DNA from: Candidatus Micrarchaeota archaeon
GTDB lineage: Archaea > Micrarchaeota > Micrarchaeia > Norongarragalinales > SBBD01
Direction of reading: 5' to 3'
DNA length: 26,759 nucleotides
Assembly: GCA_043806595.1 (NCBI GenBank)
Contig: JAZDGU010000001.1
Coordinates: 1 to 26,759 of the forward strand
A program made the translations under genes and the position numbers. Of this stretch, positions 15,285 to 23,856 are shown one piece after another. The first letter of the stretch is position 1. Each line of letters begins with the position of its first letter. Below the pieces are notes generated by a model. That model was given only the letters and a program-made list of their open reading frames with translations. It ran no database searches and was not told the DNA's origin.

Positions 15285-16574
15285 ATGCCTAAGGAAGCAA
15301 GGAAGGAACAGCCGGAGAAGAAAGCGGAGGAGAAGGGGAAGGCGCAGGGCGTCAGGCCGCAATACCTCGCCGCAGGCGGCGTCGCTTTGATACTCGTTGT
15401 TTTCGTCTCCTGGCTCGTGTTCTTCAACCAGGTCCCGCCCGGGCCCCTGCCGGGTCCGACGCCCCAGGCGAAGCTGACGACAATCTACGTGATAAGCGCG
15501 CCCACGTGTACGGAATGCTTCGACGCCGCACAGTTGGCCGCCGTGCTGCAAACCAAGTCCGGGGAGCCGTCCGAAATCGTGAGCCTCAGGCTGGAGTCCG
15601 CGGAAGCCGAGAGGATACTCGCGGCGCAGAACATAACGTTCCTCCCGACAGTCGTGCTCGAGACGGACGAGTCCAAGGCCGAGGCCGTGGGAGCCAGAAT
15701 CAACGACGTTATGGCTTATCAGGGGAAGGGGGTTTTCGTCCTCGCCAAGCCGTACCCTGTCTACGTCGACCTTGCCACCGGCAAAGAAGTCGGGCGCATC
15801 GAGGTGACGTACCTTGACGACCCGGACTGCATAAAGTGCACCAGCCTCAGGAATTTCACCGCCCAGCTCGAGCAGCTCGGGGTGAGGTTGGGGAAGAAGA
15901 CGGCAATGGACTACAACACGACACTCGGCAGGCAGAAGGTCGCGCAATACAACATAACAAAGGTGCCGTCGCTCGTCTTCTCCAGCGACATATCCGCGTA
16001 CCCGTCGATGCTGAATGCGCTTGGTGCCCTTGGGAAGCCCGCGGCCGACGGCTCCTTCGTGTTCACCGAGCCCATACCGCCCTACCGCGACCTGACAAAC
16101 GGAAATATCGTTGGATACGTGAGCTTCATATACATCTCCTACGAGGAATGCCACGACTGCTACAACCCGGACATGCACAAGCCGATACTCGAAAGGCGCT
16201 ACGGCATGAACCCGATTTCCGAGGGCCTATACGACTACAATTCCACGACCGGCATGGAACTTGTCCTGAAGTACAACATCACGAGCCTGCCAACAATCAT
16301 GATTTCCCCCGAGGCGATGTACTACCCGGACTTTTCCAACCAGTGGAAGAGCCTCGGCACCGAGGAGGCGGACGGGTGGTTCGTCTTCCGCGCCTTCGAC
16401 AGGTTCCCTGCAGTCAACTACTTCAACCTGACCTCCGGCATGCTCGTCTTGGCGGAAGAGAGCGCGAACGGGACCGGCGGGCAGGTAATAAGCATACCGG
16501 TAGGGCAATTGGCCCAAGGGGCCGAAATCGGCATCAGCGCTTCGCCGCCTGCAGATGCGAACGGGACGGAATGA
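15285..16574 (+). CDS. Membrane-anchored extracellular protein with three thioredoxin-like CxxC repeats
   Basis: One N-terminal TM. Repeats: CTEC...NITFLPT, CIKC...YNITKVPS, CHDC...YNITSLPT. Many NxS/T sequons. Confidence 0.8.
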   Translation: MPKEARKEQPEKKAEEKGKAQGVRPQYLAAGGVALILVVFVSWLVFFNQVPPGPLPGPTPQAKLTTIYVISAPTCTECFDAAQLAAVLQTKSGEPSEIVSLRLESAEAERILAAQNITFLPTVVLETDESKAEAVGARINDVMAYQGKGVFVLAKPYPVYVDLATGKEVGRIEVTYLDDPDCIKCTSLRNFTAQLEQLGVRLGKKTAMDYNTTLGRQKVAQYNITKVPSLVFSSDISAYPSMLNALGALGKPAADGSFVFTEPIPPYRDLTNGNIVGYVSFIYISYEECHDCYNPDMHKPILERRYGMNPISEGLYDYNSTTGMELVLKYNITSLPTIMISPEAMYYPDFSNQWKSLGTEEADGWFVFRAFDRFPAVNYFNLTSGMLVLAEESANGTGGQVISIPVGQLAQGAEIGISASPPADANGTE

Positions 16575-16960
16575 ACGCGGGAAAAAGGGGTAATCGAATG
16601 AAAACCGGGGAAATGGTCGTTGCCGCAGCCGCGGCGCTGATTGTGATCCTGGTCATTGTAGGATACCTTGCCATGCAGGCCGGGGAAGGAGCGTATTTCG
16701 ACGACGCGTCGCCAGTAATGTACTTCCACAGCGCAAACTGCCACTTCTGCCAAGAGCAGAAGCCCATCCTGCAGGAGCTTGCCGCACAAGGCTACAGGGT
16801 GAAATCCATGGACGTCGGAATACACCCCGAATACTGGAAGCAATATTCCATCGAAGGCACTCCGACATTCCTTGCCGCCAACGGCGACAGCAAGGTAGGC
16901 CTCACCGAACGGACCGAGCTGGAGGCATGGCTTGCCTCCCACGGCGCAAGAATCAAGTAA
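16571..16960 (+). CDS. Membrane-anchored thioredoxin family protein
   Basis: N-terminal TM, FHSANCHFCQEQKP, YSIEGTPTF (cis-Pro loop). ATGA overlap with the upstream stop; alternative start 16598. Confidence 0.85.
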   Translation: MNAGKRGNRMKTGEMVVAAAAALIVILVIVGYLAMQAGEGAYFDDASPVMYFHSANCHFCQEQKPILQELAAQGYRVKSMDVGIHPEYWKQYSIEGTPTFLAANGDSKVGLTERTELEAWLASHGARIK

Positions 16961-16967
16961 ACCGCAC

Positions 16968-17675
16968 TCAGCCGAAAGCCAGCACCAACGCAACCAATAC
17001 GGGCTGGTGCGCAAGGTAGACCGCAAGAGAATTCCTGCCCAGCCAGGCGATGAAGGCAACGCCCGGCAAAGGAAGGACGACGGCATGTTTATTCATATAG
17101 CGCATGGCGTGCCTGCCGGCCCAAATCCCAAGCAGGAAGGGCGCGGCCCACGGGATAACCGGCACATAATCGAAGGACTGGAACCCCGCCGGGGGAAACC
17201 CGGCCCACAACATCCACCCGCCCATGCCTTCGAACGAAACCGGAAGGGCCGAGACCGCAAGCACGACCATTGCCGCAACGAGGGCCGCGCCGGGACGCCT
17301 CGCGAAAATCCAGAGAGCTGCGACGCCGAAGCCTATGCAATGCAGGACTCCCCACCAAATCGCGAACTTGGGGAAGAGCGCAAGCGTGACTATTGTAATG
17401 AGAATTCCTGCGGCGAATATCCTCGCACCCCGCGCAAAATGGTGTCGAAACCGGCCTTCCCGGGAGAGCCTTGAGTCGCTGATGTAAAGTGACACGCCGG
17501 CAATGAAAAGGAACGACGCTGCGACAACCCTCGCGAACAGCTGCCACTGCCAAGATTCGACGCCTAAAGCATAGCCATTGAAGAACTGGAGGTCGAAAGC
17601 GAGGTGGTACAGCGCCATCACGAGCAGTGCAACTCCGCGCGCGGCATCCAACGCGGCAAACCTCCTCTCTGCCAT
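16968..17675 (-). CDS. DUF1624 / heparan-alpha-glucosaminide N-acetyltransferase-domain membrane protein
   Basis: RFAALDAARGVALLVMALYH, FLFIAGVS, GVLHCIG, DYVPVIPW, LGRNSLAVYLAHQP. Confidence 0.9.
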   Translation of the reverse strand: MAERRFAALDAARGVALLVMALYHLAFDLQFFNGYALGVESWQWQLFARVVAASFLFIAGVSLYISDSRLSREGRFRHHFARGARIFAAGILITIVTLALFPKFAIWWGVLHCIGFGVAALWIFARRPGAALVAAMVVLAVSALPVSFEGMGGWMLWAGFPPAGFQSFDYVPVIPWAAPFLLGIWAGRHAMRYMNKHAVVLPLPGVAFIAWLGRNSLAVYLAHQPVLVALVLAFG

Positions 17676-17735
17676 GTGGGTTCATCAGTGCGAACCACAA
17701 ATTAATAACCGTGCCCACCCCATGATTTGCCCGAC

Positions 17736-18107
17736 ATGGCGCAAACCATTGCCGTTATCGGGGCCTCCGCGGACCGCGCAAAGTTCGGGAACAAGTGCGT
17801 GCGCGCCTATGCCAAGAGGGGCTACACAGTTTTCCCCGTCAACCCCAAGGAAGCTCAAACCGAAGGCCGCGAATGCTACCCCTCTATAACAGACGTGCCC
17901 GGACACGTCGACATCGTCAGCGTCTATCTCCCGCCGCGGATTGGAATAGGATTGCTGGAGGACATCGCCGCCAAAAAACCCGGGATGGTCTATTTCAACC
18001 CCGGCGCGGGATCGGAAGAAATCAGGGAAGAGGCAGCCCGTCTATCCCTCAAAACCGTATTTGGCTGCAGCATCCGCGCAATCGGAGAGGACCCTGCGGA
18101 CTATTGA
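17736..18107 (+). CDS. CoA-binding protein (YccU-like)
   Basis: TIAVIGASADRAKFG, GYTVFPVNP, VDIVSVY, YFNPG. Confidence 0.9.
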   Translation: MAQTIAVIGASADRAKFGNKCVRAYAKRGYTVFPVNPKEAQTEGRECYPSITDVPGHVDIVSVYLPPRIGIGLLEDIAAKKPGMVYFNPGAGSEEIREEAARLSLKTVFGCSIRAIGEDPADY

Positions 18108-18195
18108 AAATCGGCGGTTAAATCCGGGGTTCAACGGAACTGTTTTAAAATCCCTCGCGTCTTACTAGTTCCGCACTCAACCAACTTGGGTAAAG

Positions 18196-18930
18196 GTGGG
18201 AATAATGGATTGGAAAAGGCAGTTCACCGGCAGGCACGCCTTGTTCACCGTGCTGTTCGCCGTGGTCGTTCTCGCCGCCGACCAAATCAAGGTTTTCGAC
18301 GTCCTTGGCGCACAAGGCCAATATTTCACGCTGTTCCAGTTCTTCGGCCCCATTGCGGGCGGAATCCTCGGCCCCGTCCTCGGAGTCGCTGCAGTACTGC
18401 TCTCCCAGTCGGCGAGTTTCGTCGTCCTCGGGAAGGACGCTACCTTGCTCAATTTGTTCCGGCTGATGCCCATGCTCTTCGCGGCGTACTACTTCGCTTC
18501 ATACAAGAACAAGGCAAGCACCGCGACGTGGCTGGTTCCCGTCGCGGCAATCGCGCTCTTCGCCGTGCATCCGGTGGGCCAGCAGGCATGGTTCTTCACC
18601 GCGTTCTGGCTCATCCCGCTCGCGGCAATCGCGCTTCCCGAGAACCTTCTCCTGCGCTCGCTCGGCTCCTCCTTTACGGCGCACGCCGTAGGCAGCGTGG
18701 TTTGGTTGTATGCCCTGCCCTCGACTGCCGCGTTCTGGACCGCGCTCATCCCAGTCGTCGTTATGGAGCGCCTGCTCTTCGCCGGCGGCATCTCCGCGTC
18801 GTTCGTCGCGGCAAACACGCTTCTCAGCAAGTTCGAGCAGTGGCTGCCCAGCGACATCATAGCCGTCGACTACCGGTACGTCCTCGGCGCTCAGCCGACC
18901 GGTGCGGCAGCGGAAAACCGGAGGCGCTAG
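18196..18930 (+). CDS. Membrane protein, ECF transporter S-component-like
   Basis: About six TM segments, FTLFQFFGPIAGGILGPVLG pattern; start 18196 (GTG) or 18205 (ATG). Family assignment is tentative. Confidence 0.65.
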   Translation: MGIMDWKRQFTGRHALFTVLFAVVVLAADQIKVFDVLGAQGQYFTLFQFFGPIAGGILGPVLGVAAVLLSQSASFVVLGKDATLLNLFRLMPMLFAAYYFASYKNKASTATWLVPVAAIALFAVHPVGQQAWFFTAFWLIPLAAIALPENLLLRSLGSSFTAHAVGSVVWLYALPSTAAFWTALIPVVVMERLLFAGGISASFVAANTLLSKFEQWLPSDIIAVDYRYVLGAQPTGAAAENRRR

Positions 18931-18935
18931 AAGCC

Positions 18936-19382
18936 ATGGCCAGGCCATCCGGGGAACGGGTGAACCACGCCGTCGGCGGCCTCCAGGAATTGATGCGTTC
19001 GCACAAGATAGGCGTATCCACGAAAACAAGGATAGTCACGAGGGAATTTCGGCCGCTTGGCATTCCCACCCGGGTATTGTACGAGAAAGAGGAGCGCTGG
19101 CTTTCAGTATCCGTCCCGAGTGATTCGGAGAAATTGACTGTCACGGATTCCCGTCTTCTGCGCCGAATACGGGAAAAGGACCTGAAAACAGTACCGGAAG
19201 TGATGCAGGAAGCCGTCCGGAAATATCTCAGGGATGCGGGAATCTCCGTGCGGTCCACGTCCATTGAAAAGGTTGAGGGGCCCAAAGGCGGCCACGAGGT
19301 CCGCTTCTTCCTTAACGGTTTCAACCCCGCCGAGATAACCAACAAAATCGAGGCCATGCGGCAACAGAAGGCAACCCCTTGA
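18936..19382 (+). CDS. Hypothetical basic protein (148 aa)
   Basis: ATG 5 nt after the upstream stop; open to 19382; no recognisable motif. Confidence 0.6.
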   Translation: MARPSGERVNHAVGGLQELMRSHKIGVSTKTRIVTREFRPLGIPTRVLYEKEERWLSVSVPSDSEKLTVTDSRLLRRIREKDLKTVPEVMQEAVRKYLRDAGISVRSTSIEKVEGPKGGHEVRFFLNGFNPAEITNKIEAMRQQKATP

Positions 19383-19432
19383 CGGGCTGATGCTGCCGTA
19401 TTAAATCCTTGTTTTGCCCCATTATCCTGCCG

Positions 19433-19515
19433 GCCGGGGTGGCAGAGCGGTTATTGCGCCGGTCTTGAAAACCGGTTCCCGCAAGGGATCAGGAGTTCGA
19501 ATCTCCTCCCCGGCG
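19433..19515 (+). tRNA. tRNA-Ser(TGA), no intron, CCA not encoded
   Basis: Acceptor GCCGGGG/CCCCGGC, discriminator G, anticodon arm CCGGT-CTTGAAA-ACCGG, long variable arm TCCC-GCAA-GGGA, T-loop TTCGAAT. Confidence 0.97.
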
Positions 19516-19658
19516 TCTTTTCCTCACTCGTGGAAAACGCGGTTCCCAAAACTGGAGATTCGAACTATTCGGATCTCCTCAACGCCTTTTTGGCATTCCA
19601 GATGTCCAACCGCTTATTTATATATTGCCTTGAGCGCAATTTTATTCGGTAGATTACA

Positions 19659-19853
19659 ATGTATGCGGATGCGTCGCTGAGAAACGATTTAAAGCTAGCA
19701 AGCAAGCGGTTCGAGGAGGCAAAAGAAGCCTTCGAGGAGTTGAAGGAAACCCTTGAAGTGCTTGCAGATAAGAAACTAATTGCCGGTATCTCTGCTTCCG
19801 AAGCCGACTATAGGGCAGGGAAGTTTCATGATTTGGACGAACTCAAGGCGTAG
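19659..19853 (+). CDS. Type II antitoxin (Phd/YefM C-terminal-like, RelB-type partner)
   Basis: 64 aa; FEELKETLEVLADKKLIAGISASEADYRAGK resembles the toxin-binding tail of Phd/YefM; directly upstream of RelE. Confidence 0.75.
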   Translation: MYADASLRNDLKLASKRFEEAKEAFEELKETLEVLADKKLIAGISASEADYRAGKFHDLDELKA

Positions 19854-19858
19854 CCTCA

Positions 19859-20101
19859 ATGGAAGTCCAGTTTTCCGAACACTTCCAGCGCTCTTTCAAA
19901 AAGCTTGATAAAAGCTCCCGGGAGGGCGTACTGGAAGCGGTCAAGATACTCTCCGACTTGCCCAAAGCGGGCAAGAAACTCCGCGGCCGGCTCTCCGCAT
20001 ATTACAGCCTCAGAGTCGGGAAATACCGGGTCATATACTCTGTTGAGACGAACGCAGTTAGGCTTCACGATATAGGCCACCGGCAGAACGTCTACGGCTA
20101 G
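19859..20101 (+). CDS. relE: RelE/ParE-family type II toxin
   Basis: 80 aa; FQRSFKKLD, GKKLRG, YSLRVGKYRVIY, IGHRQNVY. Confidence 0.9.
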   Translation: MEVQFSEHFQRSFKKLDKSSREGVLEAVKILSDLPKAGKKLRGRLSAYYSLRVGKYRVIYSVETNAVRLHDIGHRQNVYG

Positions 20102-20172
20102 GCTGCAAGCCGGCTGAACTCTGACCGCTGAGTTCAACCCTTCATTTTCCGGAGCGTTCAACTCCAACCGCA

Positions 20173-20190
20173 GAACCTCCTCCCCGGCGT
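20173..20190 (+). repeat. Direct repeat of the tRNA-Ser(TGA) 3' end (att-like)
   Basis: GAACCTCCTCCCCGGCGT vs 19499..19516 GAATCTCCTCCCCGGCGT (17/18). Confidence 0.85.
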
Positions 20191-20233
20191 AACACTGTTT
20201 TAAAAGCAGCCGGCGGCATAACAAACATTCCTT

Positions 20234-20408
20234 GGGCCTTTAGCTCAACCAGGATAGAGCGACTGGTTCCGAACGCTGCCTCCGCAAGGCGTTTTGGCGG
20301 CGGAGGGAAGTCGAAGCTTCGATCCTGAGGGGGGCATAATACGCGCTTTTCGCGGCCTCCTCGGCGGGAGAGACCAGTAGGTTGCGGGTTCGAATCCCGT
20401 AAGGCCCG
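20234..20408 (+). tRNA. tRNA-Arg(CCG) with a 100-nt intron at 37/38 (20273..20372)
   Basis: Acceptor GGGCCTT/AAGGCCC, anticodon stem ACTGG/CCAGT, anticodon CCG at 20269..20271. Canonical BHB: TTCC/GGAG central helix, GAA and AGA bulges, CGCTG/CGGCG flanking helix. TATA TTTTAAAA at 20198..20205. Confidence 0.93.
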
Positions 20409-20515
20409 TTCCACCCCCCTGCCCTAATTACTGCAAGGCCACGCATTGCGGAAAATTTTTCTTTCCAGCGGCGCCATCGCCGCTTTCTTTTTCAAAAAGA
20501 AAGGGGCAAGGCTTC

Positions 20516-20533
20516 CGAATCCCGTAAGGCCCG
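20516..20533 (+). repeat. Perfect 18-bp direct repeat of the tRNA-Arg 3' end (att-like)
   Basis: CGAATCCCGTAAGGCCCG is identical to 20391..20408. Confidence 0.9.
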
Positions 20534-20599
20534 CTCTTCTTCCACCCACGGCGGGACAATTGTTTTAAAAACCGATTTCTCGTATGTGCTTGGAAGGTC

Positions 20600-22498
20600 A
20601 TGCTTCTAGCAATCGCGTTCATCATTTCGAGCCTGGCACTCGGCTACGCGCTTTCGTCGATCTTGACTTTCCGCAAGTCGTTCTCGGAAGAGCTCTCCGT
20701 GTCGGCCGTGCTCGGATTCGGGGTTTCGGCGCTCGCCGCGTTCGCGTTCTCGCTCTTCCAATCGCGACTGGACTGGATCGCTATTGCGGCGGTGGGCTTT
20801 TTCTCGTTGCTGGCGTTCCTGCTTGCGGCCCGAAAGAGGAAACTGTTTCTTCTCAAGATCGACATGCGTTTGACTCCGAGTTACGGCGTCGCGGCCGCGC
20901 TCTTCGCTGCAATCGCCTGCTTCCTCCTGCTCGTCTTTAGCACCTCCGCGGACGGTTCCATATACAGCATAGCGAACGCTTGGGGCGACTACCCCCTGCA
21001 CTTCGGGATAATCAATTCCTTCGCCTACGGCGACAACTTCCCGCCGGCGTACCCCAACCTCGCCGGTGCAGCCATGCGCTATCCCTTCCTCTTCGACTTC
21101 CTTTCCGCGATCCTAGTAGTCGGAGGGTTCGGCCTGCAGGAAGCGGTGCTTTTCCCGAACATCCTCCTCGCTTTCGCACTCGTAATCCTCGCGCGCCGCG
21201 TCGCCCTCGAGTTCACGCGGAACGACTACGCCGCCGCCGCGGCGTTGCTGCTGTTCTTCCTCAACGGCAGCCTGGCATCCCTCCTGTTCTTCTCGGATAT
21301 CTCGCAGGCGCAGGACAAGGCGGCGTTCCTCGCGCATCCCGTGAACTACGCGGTGCCCGAGGGCCAGCCTCTCGAGCTGGTAAACTTCGTCTATTCGATT
21401 TTCGTCCCCCAGCGCACGGTAATCATGGGATTCGCCCTTGCCCTGCTCGCGTATCTCCTGCTCTACCGGATTTACGACGGGCATGCGGGCAGGGGAGAGC
21501 ACGCGCTGGCGGGGCTTGCCGTGGGCCTGCTGCCGCTGGTGCACGTGGCATCCTTCGCCGTGGTGGGGCTGGCCGCGGGGTTCGTCATGCTCAACCGCAT
21601 ATGGAAGACGCACGGCTTGGCTGTCTTCAAGGACCCGCGGCTACGGATTCTCGTGGTTGTAGGCCTGCTTCTGGCGCTTCCGCAGGCGCTCTGGATGAAC
21701 GAGCAGCCGCGGCCCGAGAGCTTCTTCGCTTTCCAGCCGGGCTGGCTGGCCCGGCCCCCCGACCTCGGTAATTGGGCGCTGTTCTGGCTGAGGAACGCCG
21801 GAATCGTGCTTCCACTGGCGCTCGTGGGGCTTGCCGCGGTGGACAGAAAGAGGCGTTGGGCGTATCTGCCGTTCGTAATCGTTTTCGCGGCCGCCAACCT
21901 GTTCCGCTTCCAGCCGTGGGACTGGGACAATACCAAGTATTTCGTCCACTGGCTGTATTTCAGCGCCATCCTTGCCGCAATAGGAATGGCGTGGATTTGG
22001 CGGAGAATCGCGAGGGAATCCCGGGCAATCGCGGCTTTGGCGGTCGGCGCGGTGCTCTTCCTCGGAATATTCCCGGGGCTGGCCACGTTCTGGTATTGGC
22101 CGGGCACGCAGGCGAGGCTGTTCACTCCCGGCGACGTCCAGGCGTCGATGAGGGTGCGGGAGGAGACGCCAGCGGATGCGCTCATACTCACAGCGATGAG
22201 GCACAACGAGCCCGTCTATTCGCTTGCCGGAAGGCACATCGTCATGGGCTACGCCGGCCACACGTGGTCGCACGGCCTCAGCGATTCAAACCAATCCGCT
22301 ACGGTCAGGGAGGCGTTCGGCGAAGGAAGCTTCTGCGGAACGCCCGTACAGCCGGATTACGTCTTCGTCGGGCCGCAGGAGCTCGAGGACTTCCCTCTAG
22401 TCTTTGAACGGATTGCGAACTCGGGAGGTCAGCTGGAGCGCGTGTTCCAGGAGGAGTTCGGGGGAAGGCCTTACGCGCTGTTCAAGACTTCCTGCTGA
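20600..22498 (+). CDS. Multi-pass membrane protein, GT-C-like glycosyltransferase
   Basis: WGDYPLHFGIINSF, YPFLFDFLSA, FVPQR, WDWDNTK, soluble C-terminal domain (EETPADALILT...SLAGRHIVMGYAGHTWSHG). TATA ~30 bp upstream. Confidence 0.75.
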   Translation: MLLAIAFIISSLALGYALSSILTFRKSFSEELSVSAVLGFGVSALAAFAFSLFQSRLDWIAIAAVGFFSLLAFLLAARKRKLFLLKIDMRLTPSYGVAAALFAAIACFLLLVFSTSADGSIYSIANAWGDYPLHFGIINSFAYGDNFPPAYPNLAGAAMRYPFLFDFLSAILVVGGFGLQEAVLFPNILLAFALVILARRVALEFTRNDYAAAAALLLFFLNGSLASLLFFSDISQAQDKAAFLAHPVNYAVPEGQPLELVNFVYSIFVPQRTVIMGFALALLAYLLLYRIYDGHAGRGEHALAGLAVGLLPLVHVASFAVVGLAAGFVMLNRIWKTHGLAVFKDPRLRILVVVGLLLALPQALWMNEQPRPESFFAFQPGWLARPPDLGNWALFWLRNAGIVLPLALVGLAAVDRKRRWAYLPFVIVFAAANLFRFQPWDWDNTKYFVHWLYFSAILAAIGMAWIWRRIARESRAIAALAVGAVLFLGIFPGLATFWYWPGTQARLFTPGDVQASMRVREETPADALILTAMRHNEPVYSLAGRHIVMGYAGHTWSHGLSDSNQSATVREAFGEGSFCGTPVQPDYVFVGPQELEDFPLVFERIANSGGQLERVFQEEFGGRPYALFKTSC

Positions 22499-23855
22499 CG
22501 TAGCCCGCGAAGGCGAGGAGCGACATTGCCCCAAGCGCCGCAAGCAGGACAAGCGGCTCATGCAGGTAGACGAGGAACCGGTCCATGAAAACCCGGATGC
22601 CGACCAAGTGATTCTGCGTCGCGAACAGGCCGGTGAAGAAAACGGCGAACGCGAAGAGCGTCGGATATGCCCCGATTTCAGAGATGCGGGTACGTTCGGC
22701 AGAATTGCTTACGAAAAGTGCGGTCAGGATCCCGAAGATGACGGAAAGGCCAGCGGTCTGGAAGGCAACGGGGATGAGGGGCGAGAGCGCCTTGTGGAAG
22801 TCCTTCAGCGGAGCGACATCGGAAGAGTAGTGGAAGGAATAGCCGTTGAAGAAGAAGAACAGGACCGTCGCGGCGACAAGCATCACGACCGCCTGGCCGA
22901 CGAACGACCTCACGTCGCCCTTCTCCGTAACGGACTTGAGGAATTCCCGCACCATTCCCTGGAGCACGAACAGGAGCCCGAGAATGGAAAGGGACGCGAC
23001 CACGAGCCCCGTCTTTGTCAGGAAGGACTCGACGGTGATGAAGCCGCCCTCATGGTTCTTGAACTGAGCGAGCTCGAAGATGTCGAACGTGTGCATGACC
23101 CAGTAGTGCCAGAGCAGGTAGGTCAGTGTTGCGACAAGGAAGCAGACGAACGCCAGCCGCACGCCCCGCTTGTCCTCGAAGAAGCCGGAAACCACCCCGG
23201 AAGTCCTCCCCGAACGCGGGTCCGACAGGATGAACGAGACCGCGAAGAAAGCCATGACGAGCAGGAAGTATCCCAGTGTGACCCCCGCGTAGAACACCGC
23301 GGCCTCCTGGTGCACCATGGCTACCGCAAACGCCAAGAACATCGCCGCACGCCGCCTCTCCGAATAAAGCGCGAGGAATGCGACCGGCAGGAGGACCATG
23401 CCGAGAGCCTGCGGCAGGGGCCTGACCGTGTAAATCAGGAGCTCGCCCGGCAAGCTGCAGAAGAACGCCGCGAACACGCCCGCCCAGTCCCCGAACATCC
23501 TCCTGCCCAACGCGAAGAAAGCCAGCGGGAACAGCACCGAGAACAGCATGACGGCCGCCCTGCTGACGAAATCGATGGAAAGCCCGGTAAGCAGCACGGT
23601 ATCGGCAACGAAAATGCGGTAGAACGGCACGTAGAGGTTCGGGATGCCCCCGCCATAGGAATAGTCCTCCATCGGATACGAGCCGTAGGTCACCGCGTGC
23701 CTGATGCTGGCGACGTGGATGAACGTGTTCCCGTACGTGGGCATCGTCCACTCGCGGAACACCATGGAGTGCGTGTACATGCTCAGGACTACCGCGCAGG
23801 CCAGCGCCAACGGCAGGCCGACGCGGGCCACCACCTCCATGTCTGGAAAACGCAA
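22482..23855 (-). CDS. Multi-pass membrane protein, GT-C-like TM domain
   Basis: N-terminal loop PTYGNTFIH...YPMEDYSYGGGIPNLYVPFY, RPLPQALG, HQ and DRFLVY motifs; start TTG 23855 or ATG 23840. Confidence 0.7.
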   Translation of the reverse strand: MRFPDMEVVARVGLPLALACAVVLSMYTHSMVFREWTMPTYGNTFIHVASIRHAVTYGSYPMEDYSYGGGIPNLYVPFYRIFVADTVLLTGLSIDFVSRAAVMLFSVLFPLAFFALGRRMFGDWAGVFAAFFCSLPGELLIYTVRPLPQALGMVLLPVAFLALYSERRRAAMFLAFAVAMVHQEAAVFYAGVTLGYFLLVMAFFAVSFILSDPRSGRTSGVVSGFFEDKRGVRLAFVCFLVATLTYLLWHYWVMHTFDIFELAQFKNHEGGFITVESFLTKTGLVVASLSILGLLFVLQGMVREFLKSVTEKGDVRSFVGQAVVMLVAATVLFFFFNGYSFHYSSDVAPLKDFHKALSPLIPVAFQTAGLSVIFGILTALFVSNSAERTRISEIGAYPTLFAFAVFFTGLFATQNHLVGIRVFMDRFLVYLHEPLVLLAALGAMSLLAFAGYVSRKS

Positions 23856-23856
23856 A

